Below are positions 1 to 7,846 of a stretch of 43,972 nt of DNA, one piece after another (position 1 is the first letter of the stretch; every line of letters begins with the position of its first letter). This DNA is from Acidimicrobiales bacterium (GTDB taxonomy: Bacteria > Actinomycetota > Acidimicrobiia > Acidimicrobiales > JABEUL01). Below the pieces are notes generated by a model. It did not search any database and had not been told where the DNA came from. It worked only from the letters and a program-made list of their open reading frames with translations. The translations under genes and the position numbers were made by a program. The stretch covers positions 1 to 43,972 of the forward strand of contig JABEUL010000223.1 of NCBI GenBank assembly GCA_013044465.1, in the 5' to 3' direction.

Positions 1-147
1 TAATAACTATGGAATCAAGTTCTGCGGCATCGGCGCACTAATGACTCGTGCAGTTTATAATTCGCCTCAATGTATTTGCTTGGGGTCCTAATAAAATAGA
101 GGCTTTGTCTAAGCTAAGTCCATAGAAGCTTAAAAAACTTTGTAAGC

Positions 148-351
148 GTGCTATTGGTGGCGGCAATAGCATTCGGAATATTTACAGGTGTATTAATTGA
201 TCGCACGACACGTCAACAGTCTTTTCCCATACAAAATCTGGCAATTGCCATAGCAAGTAGTTTTCCCCAGGCCTCTCTTCAAAGCGCAACTTGGGTCGGC
301 ACTAATATCGTAAAAGTCACTCAAACATCCTTGCGGCTGGCATTGCGCTAA
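148..351 (+). CDS. hypothetical small membrane protein (67 aa)
   Basis: GTG-initiated ORF with one hydrophobic helix (LLVAAIAFGIFTGVLI). No recognisable family and no clear SD. It may be non-coding. Confidence 0.2.
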   Translation: MLLVAAIAFGIFTGVLIDRTTRQQSFPIQNLAIAIASSFPQASLQSATWVGTNIVKVTQTSLRLALR

Positions 352-382
352 TCCAGGAAACATCTACTTGGAGAAACTCCAG

Positions 383-1879
383 TTATTTCTTAGTTGGCTC
401 CAAGTATTTATTTGGATCACTTCCGAATGAGTCGGCACAACTCTGATTGCAGAAATAGTAAGTAGTTCCCTCGTGATCAACTGTCGGAGTCGTATCTGTT
501 GGGCTAACCGTCATTTTGCAGACCGGGTCTATGAATTCCCCGCTCATCTCTGCTCCTTGGTTTGCCTCACCACTGCTTTTCTTTCCAAATAGTTTCATCT
601 GCTTTCCTTCCGTTAAATATTCATTAGGGGACTTATCGAATTTCTCTTTGCAGCGATCTGAGCAAAAATAAACGTACTCATCGTCATACCTTGATTTAGC
701 AGGCGCCATAGCTGTCTCAACCTGCATTCCACAGACAGGATCAAGAGCATATGCGCCTCCTCCTCCGAGTTTGTGCTGGTTCCTATACAAGTAATACAAA
801 CCTGCGAACATTATGAGGAACAAAATATTTAAATACGTTGTGTAGTTCCAAGAAAAGCTAGCCGAAAGGACAGTATTTGATTTCTCCGTTGGAATCAAAT
901 TAGCTGCTTTGAATATATATTGAGTTATTAACCCCGCCAATGACATCACTAGCCAAAAACTTCCAAGCATTTTCAGCATTGTCTTTGTGCCGTAATACTT
1001 TCTGTAGATCAAAAGCAATGGAGTTGAAATCAAATCTGCAAATATGAAAGAAACTACTCCACCAAAAGAGATTCCCCCAACCCACAGTGCAGCAGCCAAA
1101 GGAATATTGCCAATTGAGCACACAAAGCTTATTACGGCAATAAAGGGTCCAATTAGTGCATTTTCAATATCAGTATATCCACCATGCCCCCGCAAAAACA
1201 GTGCACTCCAAACATGGTGTGGAACGAGTGCGGCTAAAAACCCGGCAATGGTATATCCAATTAGAAGCTCTCTTTTAAGCATTGTTAGATCAGCCATCGC
1301 GTAAGAAGCAGCATCGGACCAACCAGCCAGAGTATTTGCTCGGCTTTTTATGGGTTCTTGTTGCGAGTGATCTACTTGGCAGGAAGCTGCTTCATCATGA
1401 GAAGTTGATGTGAGCTTAAGTCGTATTGAATCCATAGTCTTGCTTTTGAAAACGAGAGGACCAATAACGGCAAAAATTCCAATCATGATCAAGCCGCCAA
1501 TAAATTCGCTTGCAGCAAACTGCCAGCCAATCAAGACAATAAGGACAATTCCGAGTTCAATTACTAAGTTAGTGGAGGCAAACATAAAAACCATTGACGA
1601 TACATAGTCGGCACCTCTTGAAAAGAGTGTCTTGGCCATTGCCGATGCTGCATAGGAGCACGATGACGAGACCATTCCGAACCCAGATGCCCGGGCAATG
1701 TGCGCTGGGGTGTGTTTCCCGAGCTTTTTCTCAAGTGCTTCTCTCGAGACAAATGCCTGAACAGCTCCTGATAATGAAAAGCCAAGGACTAATGGCCAAA
1801 GTGTTTCCCAAAACATGTAAAGTGCTTCTCTAAAACCTCTGCCAAGTTCGACGAGGAGATACGGAACTGTGGCAATCAC
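383..1879 (-). CDS. predicted permease (PF03773/UPF0718-like) fused to two C-terminal YHS/TRASH-type metal-binding domains
   Basis: 498 aa with multiple hydrophobic helices and Cys-containing motifs (SSSCSYAASAMA, FVCSIGNIPLAAALW) typical of this permease family. The C-terminus has two YHS motifs (DPVCGMQV...YVYFCSDRCKEKF and DPVCKMTV...YYFCNQSCADSF). The GTG start overlaps the csoR stop by 4 nt (GTGA). Confidence 0.8.
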   Translation of the reverse strand: MIATVPYLLVELGRGFREALYMFWETLWPLVLGFSLSGAVQAFVSREALEKKLGKHTPAHIARASGFGMVSSSCSYAASAMAKTLFSRGADYVSSMVFMFASTNLVIELGIVLIVLIGWQFAASEFIGGLIMIGIFAVIGPLVFKSKTMDSIRLKLTSTSHDEAASCQVDHSQQEPIKSRANTLAGWSDAASYAMADLTMLKRELLIGYTIAGFLAALVPHHVWSALFLRGHGGYTDIENALIGPFIAVISFVCSIGNIPLAAALWVGGISFGGVVSFIFADLISTPLLLIYRKYYGTKTMLKMLGSFWLVMSLAGLITQYIFKAANLIPTEKSNTVLSASFSWNYTTYLNILFLIMFAGLYYLYRNQHKLGGGGAYALDPVCGMQVETAMAPAKSRYDDEYVYFCSDRCKEKFDKSPNEYLTEGKQMKLFGKKSSGEANQGAEMSGEFIDPVCKMTVSPTDTTPTVDHEGTTYYFCNQSCADSFGSDPNKYLEPTKK

Positions 1880-2163
1880 GATTTGACCAGTCTCTCAATG
1901 GCCAAATAAGCCTCTTTTATTTTTAGATCCGCTTCATATCCTCCGTCTTTGATTGCATTTGCTACGCAATGCGATAGGTGATCTTCCATAAGTGCGAGTG
2001 CCACACCTTGAAGAGCTCTTGTGGCGGCACTAACTTGTTCGAGCACATCGATGCAGTATCGGTCATCATCCACCATCTTCTCGATACCTTTGACTTGCCC
2101 TTGGACTCGCCTGAGACGCTTAATTACTTTTGTCTTATTTTCGCTATAACCGGGGTGATCCAT
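1876..2163 (-). CDS. csoR: CsoR-family copper-sensing transcriptional repressor (DUF156)
   Basis: 95 aa with the KRLRRVQGQVKGIEKM helix and a Cys...His-x3-Cys ligand pattern (RYCIDV ... DHLSHC) as in Cu(I)-sensing CsoR. GGAGG lies about 5 nt upstream of the ATG. Confidence 0.85.
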   Translation of the reverse strand: MDHPGYSENKTKVIKRLRRVQGQVKGIEKMVDDDRYCIDVLEQVSAATRALQGVALALMEDHLSHCVANAIKDGGYEADLKIKEAYLAIERLVKS

Positions 2164-2192
2164 TTAAACCTCCGAGGATATCCTAGTACATC

Positions 2193-2209
2193 ATACCCCT
2201 ATAGGGTAT
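2193..2209. promoter_or_regulatory. CsoR-type operator palindrome ATACCC-CTATA-GGGTAT
   Basis: Perfect 6-bp inverted repeat with a 5-bp spacer, 30-46 nt upstream of the csoR start. It resembles the GC-tract palindromes (ATACCCC..GGGGTAT) bound by actinobacterial CsoR. It overlaps a possible -10 (TATGAT on the minus strand, 2190-2195). Confidence 0.6.
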
Positions 2210-2274
2210 AGGACCTAAGTCACAAAGTGAGATTAAAAATGACAGATATTAGGTGGATCAGATTGAGCACTATT

Positions 2275-3075
2275 TCATACAAGTGCGAATGATCTCATCG
2301 ATAACGATCCTGCATCATAGCCTTCGCAGATAGTAACTACTTTGTCAGACCGAGACCCTGCACCCATGTTGTAGAGAAGTGGATAGTAGTGATCAGGAGT
2401 GGGTGCTGAGAGCTTTCCATGTGGGAGTTCTAGATAGTTGACGAGATAGCTCTTATCAAAGTCCTTTACTGCCGCCTTTACCTCCAAGTCAAATTTCTCA
2501 TTCCAGTCGTATGGATGGTCGAAACCTATATCAAATCGAGCCAGACCAAGATTGTGAACAATATTTCCACTTCCCAAAATGAGCACTCCTTCACTTCGAA
2601 GTGGAGTGAGCATCTCGCCGAGCTTCCAGTGGAAGTCAGGTGGCTTGGTCGCATCAATTGACAACTGCACAACAGGGACGTCGGCTTCTTTAAATGTGTG
2701 AACTAATACAGACCAAGTGCCGTGATCTAGTCCCCATTTGTTATCACTTTCAACCGGAGTATCCCCTAACAGTTCAATAACTCTTGAACCCAATGCTTTT
2801 GACCCTGGAGCCTCGTATTGTATTCGGTAGAGTTCACCTGGGAAGCCACCGAAATCATGAATTGTTCTTGGGTGGTCCATCACAGTGACTGCGCTCATTG
2901 TTGTAAACCAATGAGCAGAAACTGCCAGGATGGCTTTAGGTTTTGGAATGCTTAGAAAGAACTCGCTCCATGCCTCAGTCCAACGGTTGGGTTCAAGAAC
3001 AAACATTGGATTGCCGTGGCCAATAAATACAGAAGGCATTAAATTGTCTTGGCTTATTCCGGAATTTTCTGTCAT
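2275..3075 (-). CDS. class III extradiol ring-cleavage dioxygenase, YgiD / 4,5-DOPA dioxygenase family
   Basis: 266 aa with motifs VFIGHGNPM, SAHW and GSGNIVHNL typical of the LigB/YgiD family. The start could instead be the internal Met at MPSVFIGHG. Confidence 0.8.
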   Translation of the reverse strand: MTENSGISQDNLMPSVFIGHGNPMFVLEPNRWTEAWSEFFLSIPKPKAILAVSAHWFTTMSAVTVMDHPRTIHDFGGFPGELYRIQYEAPGSKALGSRVIELLGDTPVESDNKWGLDHGTWSVLVHTFKEADVPVVQLSIDATKPPDFHWKLGEMLTPLRSEGVLILGSGNIVHNLGLARFDIGFDHPYDWNEKFDLEVKAAVKDFDKSYLVNYLELPHGKLSAPTPDHYYPLLYNMGAGSRSDKVVTICEGYDAGSLSMRSFALV

Positions 3076-3114
3076 AACTTTAGTTAGAGTAGCAACCCGC
3101 TATCAATTTCCTGG

Positions 3115-5082
3115 TCACCTAGAGGATCGATTTTTAGAAACTATGTCTGCAATATCGGCCATGATTCTCCCAAGCTCGTAGTCTTTGGGGGTATAGACAG
3201 CACTGACGCCCTTCTTTTTAAGTATCTCAGCATCCTCGGGTGGAATGATCCCACCAACAACTACGGGAACTTCAACCTTTAGTTCTCTAAGTTTTTCCAA
3301 AACTTCGGGCACTAATTCAAGATGTGATCCAGAGAGTATTGAAAGTCCGATTACTTCCACATCCTCATCTCTGGCAGCGGTTGCAATCTCTTCTGGGGTT
3401 AAGCGGATTCCCTGGTAGATCACTTCGAATCCGGCATCTCTTGCAGCAACTGCAATCTGTTCCGCTCCATTTGAATGACCATCAAGACCAGGTTTGGCTA
3501 CCAAAATCTTAGGAGGGGGACCACCGTTTGCTTTGAGCTCAGCAATTTTCTCACGAGCTAGGTTCAACTCTTTGCCATGATGCCCAATTGCCCCACCAAC
3601 TCCCGTTGGAGCACGGTACTCTCCAAATACTTCCCTCAGTGTATTTGCCCATTCACCTGTAGTTCCACCTGCCTTAGCGAGTGCAATTGTTGGGGGCATG
3701 ATGTTAATATTTGGATTTTTTGCCGCTTCTTTAAGATCTTCTATGGCCTTGGCTACAGCTATTTGATCCCTTGATGCCTTCCACTTTGAAAGGTCATCGA
3801 TTAACTCCTTTTCGACCTTTGGATCAACTTTAAGGATGGCCTCACCGCTCGATTCCTCATCTACAAGTGGTGATTGAGCGCTTTCTTGGAACACATTTAC
3901 ACCAATGACCTTTAGATCTCCAGTCTCAATTTTTCTGGTCCGGTCTGCTTGAGATCTAACTAATCGCGACTTGAGCTCATCGATAGCCTCAAATGCGCCA
4001 CCCATGCCGAGAACTTCGTCGAGTTCACTCTGGGCCTCTTCGATGAGTTGGTTGGTCTTGGATTCCATTACTTTGGAACCTTCAAAAATATCATCGTATT
4101 CCAACAGGTCAGTTTCAAAAGCAAGCACCTGCTGTATCCGAAGTGACCACTGTTGATCCCATGGACGGGGAAGACCTAGTGCTTCATTCCAGGCTGGTAA
4201 TTGAATGGCCCTTGCTCTCGCGTCTTTTGAAAGTGTCACCCCAAGAGTCTCTAAAACAATTCTTTGGATATTATTCTCTGGTTGGGCTTCTGTGAGACCC
4301 AGTGAATTAACCTGCACTCCGTACCTAAATCGCCTGAGGGTGTGGTCTTTAACCTGGTATCTCTCACTCGTAATTTTGTCCCAAAGAGAAGTAAAAGCTC
4401 GCATCTTACAAGTCTCTTCAATAAACCTGATTCCGGCATTTACAAAAAAAGATATTCGACCCACAACTTCAGGGAAAAGATCTGGATCTATTTGTCCAGA
4501 GTCTCTAACAGCATCAAGTACCCCTATTGCAGTTGCTAGTGAGTATGCTATTTCTTGAACAGGGGTGGCACCTGCTTCTTGGAGATGGTAGGAGCAAACG
4601 TTAATAGGATTCCACTTGGGAACATTTTTGACTGTGTATACAACCATATCCACGATAAGCCTTCTTGAATGCTCTGGAGGAAATATGAAAGTTCCGCGAG
4701 AAAGATACTCTTTGACTATGTCATTCTGGGTGGTTCCAGACAAGACATCAGGATCTACTCCTTGATCGATGGCATTTGCAATGTAGAGTCCGAGTAACCA
4801 TGCAGCAGTGGCATTAATTGTCATTGAAGTGTTCATCTCGCCGACTGGAATTTGGTCCATTAGCTCTCTCATGTGGCCCAAGTGAACTACAGGCACCCCC
4901 ACTTTGCCGACTTCACCGGCTGCCCTTTTGTCATCGGGATCGTATCCAATCTGAGTTGGCAGATCGAATGCTATAGAGAGTCCTGTTTGACCCTTGGCCA
5001 GGTTAGTTCGGTAAAGCTCATTTGAAGCTTTGGCTGATGAGTGACCTGAATAGGTTCTCATTACCCAAGGTCGATCCGGCAT
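3115..5082 (-). CDS. meaA: coenzyme B12-dependent acyl-CoA mutase (methylmalonyl-CoA mutase family), catalytic and B12-binding domains fused; MeaA/ethylmalonyl-CoA mutase-like
   Basis: 655 aa. The N-terminus (PWVMRTYSGHSSAKASNELYRTNLAKGQTGLSIAFDLPTQIGYD, NTSMTINATA, QNDIVKEYLSRGT) matches my memory of the MeaA/Ecm subclade. The C-terminal B12 domain carries the DxHxxG motif (GLDGHSNG). The subclade and substrate assignment is not verified. Confidence 0.8.
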   Translation of the reverse strand: MPDRPWVMRTYSGHSSAKASNELYRTNLAKGQTGLSIAFDLPTQIGYDPDDKRAAGEVGKVGVPVVHLGHMRELMDQIPVGEMNTSMTINATAAWLLGLYIANAIDQGVDPDVLSGTTQNDIVKEYLSRGTFIFPPEHSRRLIVDMVVYTVKNVPKWNPINVCSYHLQEAGATPVQEIAYSLATAIGVLDAVRDSGQIDPDLFPEVVGRISFFVNAGIRFIEETCKMRAFTSLWDKITSERYQVKDHTLRRFRYGVQVNSLGLTEAQPENNIQRIVLETLGVTLSKDARARAIQLPAWNEALGLPRPWDQQWSLRIQQVLAFETDLLEYDDIFEGSKVMESKTNQLIEEAQSELDEVLGMGGAFEAIDELKSRLVRSQADRTRKIETGDLKVIGVNVFQESAQSPLVDEESSGEAILKVDPKVEKELIDDLSKWKASRDQIAVAKAIEDLKEAAKNPNINIMPPTIALAKAGGTTGEWANTLREVFGEYRAPTGVGGAIGHHGKELNLAREKIAELKANGGPPPKILVAKPGLDGHSNGAEQIAVAARDAGFEVIYQGIRLTPEEIATAARDEDVEVIGLSILSGSHLELVPEVLEKLRELKVEVPVVVGGIIPPEDAEILKKKGVSAVYTPKDYELGRIMADIADIVSKNRSSR

Positions 5083-5087
5083 GTTAC

Positions 5088-5942
5088 CTACTTTCTATAG
5101 CTGAAAAAGCCTTCTCCCGACTTTCTTCCCAAAAGCTCGGCAGAGACCATTCTTCTCAACAGTGGAACGGCGGCGTAATTGGGATCACGAAACTCTTGGT
5201 AGAGGGCATCCAAAATTGCCAACGAAGTGTCGAGACCAACGAGGTCAAGAAGAGCAAAAGGTCCCATAGGAAATCCGCATCCGCCTTTCATGGCTTCGTC
5301 AATATCCTCTTTGGAAGATACTCCTTGTTCATAAAGCCGAATTGCATTATTAAGGTAAGGGAACAAAAGGGCATTAACTATAAATCCTGCTTGATCCTTC
5401 ACTTCAACTGGGGTCTTCTCACAGGCCAAAGCAAACTCTTTAGCTATTGCAATAGTCTCGTCAGATGCTGTAATTGGGCGTACTATTTCGACGAGTTTCA
5501 TAACGGGTGCTGGATTGAAAAAGTGAATTCCACATACTCGATCTGGTCTCCCAGTTTCCATAGCCATTTCAACTACGGGAAGGGTAGAGGTGTTGGTTGC
5601 CAAGATGGTCTCTTCCTTGCAAGCCCTATCTAGCTCAGTGAAAAGGTGTTTTTTCACAGCCAGATCCTCAACGACCGATTCGATAACTATGTCACAGTTA
5701 GAAAGTGCACCAATATCTGAAGTTGCACTCACCCTAGCTAGTGCATTATCTCGCTCATCTGCAGTAATTTTTTCCTTCTCTACCTGCCTATTTAGCGATT
5801 TCTCCATATTTGCAACCATTGCATTAGCCGTAGCTTCTGACCTTGACCTAAGTATTACTTCAAAGTTGTGAATAGCTGCAGCTTCAGCTATTCCAGAACC
5901 CATAATTCCACTGCCGACAATTCCTATACTTTTAATTGACAT
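5088..5942 (-). CDS. hbd: 3-hydroxybutyryl-CoA / 3-hydroxyacyl-CoA dehydrogenase
   Basis: Rossmann motif IGIVGSGIMGSGIA immediately follows the internal Met (ATG at 5942). The C-terminal dimerisation domain shows PMGPFALLDLVGLD. The ORF track's 73-aa N-terminal extension is judged spurious. The gene lies 5 nt upstream of the mutase gene. Confidence 0.85.
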   Translation of the reverse strand: MSIKSIGIVGSGIMGSGIAEAAAIHNFEVILRSRSEATANAMVANMEKSLNRQVEKEKITADERDNALARVSATSDIGALSNCDIVIESVVEDLAVKKHLFTELDRACKEETILATNTSTLPVVEMAMETGRPDRVCGIHFFNPAPVMKLVEIVRPITASDETIAIAKEFALACEKTPVEVKDQAGFIVNALLFPYLNNAIRLYEQGVSSKEDIDEAMKGGCGFPMGPFALLDLVGLDTSLAILDALYQEFRDPNYAAVPLLRRMVSAELLGRKSGEGFFSYRK

Positions 5943-6030
5943 AAAGGCTAGGTTACCCTGATTAGGCAGGTCTTCGCGCAATTTTTGTGGGTGCTGCAAA
6001 ATCCGCTGCGATTTCACGTATCTTTGTATA

Positions 6031-7299
6031 GTGTCAAAAAAGCAAAAAGTGGACTCAAATCCAAGCTTAGAGACCATGGGTGGTGATTTTAAAATTGCCC
6101 GTCTTTCAAGAAAAGAAAGGCGCTCTAGGAAAAAGAAGAAAAAGTGGCTAAAGAGGCTCATTATTGCTCTTGTGTTACTCCTGCTTTTATCAGGTGGTTT
6201 AGTGGGCGGAAGCTACTATTATGCCAATTACCGCTTTGACCAGATAGTAAAGGTCCATATTGCTCATCTGACCCCAACTACAGCAGATGTGGGAGGGCCA
6301 TTCAATGTCCTTTTGATTGGTTCTGATTCAAGAGCATTTGTGAGCACACCAGGACAAGTTCAAGCTTTTGGAAGCCCTAACCAATATGGAGGTCAAAGGG
6401 CTGACGTAATAATTATTGCGCGAATTGATCCACGAACTCATCAGATATCAATGCTTTCTATTCCGAGAGACACGCTCGTTCCGATTGCCGGGACAAATGG
6501 CGATAACAAAATAAATGCTGCTTACAATAGCGGTCCTGATCAGTTGGTACAGACAATACAGCAAGACTTTGGAATACCGATAAATCATTACATCCAGATC
6601 AATTTCGAGGGCCTTTCAAATATGGTCAATGCATTGGGAGGTCTTCAGCTGAATTTTCCCATGAAGGTAAAGGACAATTATTCGGACCTAAATATCACCC
6701 AGACTGGCTGTCAGACAATCAACGGAAACCAAGCATTGGCTTTAGTTCGAAGTAGGCATCTTTACTATGAGACCTCAAATAGCCAGTGGCTATATGACGG
6801 CATGAGCGATTGGAGCAGAATCAGGCGCCAACACGCTTTTTTCAAAGCAGTAATTACTCAGGCAGAAGGGAATTTGACCGATCCATTTGCGCTAAATAAC
6901 TTCATTGGATCTGCGGTTAAGAACCTGCAAATTGACGATACTTTCTCTGAGTCAAAGATTTTTTCTTTGGCACAAGAGTTTCATAGCTTTCCCTACAATG
7001 CTCTTCAAACTTTAGTGTTGCCAACTACTAGTTATGGAACTTCAAGTACCTATCTTCGCCCGGCCCAGCCCTATGCCAGTCAAGTAATAACGGACTTTAT
7101 GAATTTGGCTGCGCCAAGTACGACTACAACCACCACTGGCTCACCTACTAGTTCAGTGCCAAATTCAACTTCAACCACTGTTTTACCAACCACTACAACA
7201 ACACTTCCACTTGCAACAGGTGAAACGGCTCCTGCAAATCAAGTTGTATTGGACACTCCTCAATCAATGCCAGAGCCCTGGAATCCAGTTCCTTGCTAG
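6031..7299 (+). CDS. LCP (LytR-CpsA-Psr) family cell-envelope glycopolymer transferase
   Basis: Basic N-terminus plus a TM helix (LIIALVLLLLLSGGLVGG). LCP core motifs NVLLIGSDSR, RADVIIIARID, LSIPRDT and ALALVRSRH are present. The C-terminal tail is Thr/Ser/Pro-rich. The start is a GTG. Confidence 0.85.
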   Translation: MSKKQKVDSNPSLETMGGDFKIARLSRKERRSRKKKKKWLKRLIIALVLLLLLSGGLVGGSYYYANYRFDQIVKVHIAHLTPTTADVGGPFNVLLIGSDSRAFVSTPGQVQAFGSPNQYGGQRADVIIIARIDPRTHQISMLSIPRDTLVPIAGTNGDNKINAAYNSGPDQLVQTIQQDFGIPINHYIQINFEGLSNMVNALGGLQLNFPMKVKDNYSDLNITQTGCQTINGNQALALVRSRHLYYETSNSQWLYDGMSDWSRIRRQHAFFKAVITQAEGNLTDPFALNNFIGSAVKNLQIDDTFSESKIFSLAQEFHSFPYNALQTLVLPTTSYGTSSTYLRPAQPYASQVITDFMNLAAPSTTTTTTGSPTSSVPNSTSTTVLPTTTTTLPLATGETAPANQVVLDTPQSMPEPWNPVPC

Positions 7300-7761
7300 T
7301 TAAGCCTTAATTTCGAGCTTTTCCAGAACCAATTTGACTGCCAAATTATGGTCAAATGCGAGCTCAGGCAGTGAATTGATGTCGAACCAAGCCAGACTTT
7401 TAGCGTCATCTCCAGCTCTGGCTTTAAGATCTCCAGACACCGAAGCCCCGTAGAGTGCAGTAATGATTCGACCCCTGGGATCTCGTTCAGGACTGTCTAG
7501 GTGTGCAACAAATACCAACTCAGAAGGAATTAGTGAGACATTGGTCTCTTCGAAGAGTTCCCTTACAGCGGTTTCAATTAAGGTTTCTCCATCTTCGACG
7601 AAACCCCCAGGGAGTGCATAAAAACCCTGGTAGGGATTATTTCTTCTCTCTACTAATAGGATTTGGTGGCCGTTAGATGTTGATCTTATGACCCCAACAT
7701 CGCAGGCCATGGACAGGACCGGGGGTTTCCAATTTGTCGGATCAAAGGGTAGATTTTCCAT
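7300..7761 (-). CDS. NUDIX hydrolase
   Basis: Nudix box GGFVEDGETLIETAVRELFEETNV. The stop codon abuts the LCP stop with zero spacer. Confidence 0.85.
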   Translation of the reverse strand: MENLPFDPTNWKPPVLSMACDVGVIRSTSNGHQILLVERRNNPYQGFYALPGGFVEDGETLIETAVRELFEETNVSLIPSELVFVAHLDSPERDPRGRIITALYGASVSGDLKARAGDDAKSLAWFDINSLPELAFDHNLAVKLVLEKLEIKA

Positions 7762-7846
7762 TTATTTCTCCTCTAAAGGATAATCGTTTGTAATTATTGC
7801 AAGACCTAAGTAACAAACGACTTAATTTCAGCTATGGTAATTAGAT

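Noticed and set aside
900-1833. Several 65-86 aa ORFs on both strands inside the permease gene. Similar nested ORFs occur inside etfA (27083-27636), the LLM gene (38455-39036) and the mutase gene (3324-4558).
   Set aside because: All are nested within, or antisense to, long ORFs with clear family motifs, and they lack SDs and recognisable domains.
5943-6161. A 73-aa N-terminal extension of the hbd ORF (MSLFSHFFFFFLERL...)
   Set aside because: The Rossmann GxGxxG motif starts right after the internal Met at 5942. The extension is low complexity, antisense to the LCP gene start, and would give an atypically long Hbd.
7762-7846. Possible c-di-AMP (ydaO) riboswitch upstream of the NlpC/P60 hydrolase, as is often found before actinobacterial cell-wall hydrolase genes
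   Set aside because: The spacer is only 85 nt and shows none of the conserved ydaO helices or ACGR motifs that I can recognise.
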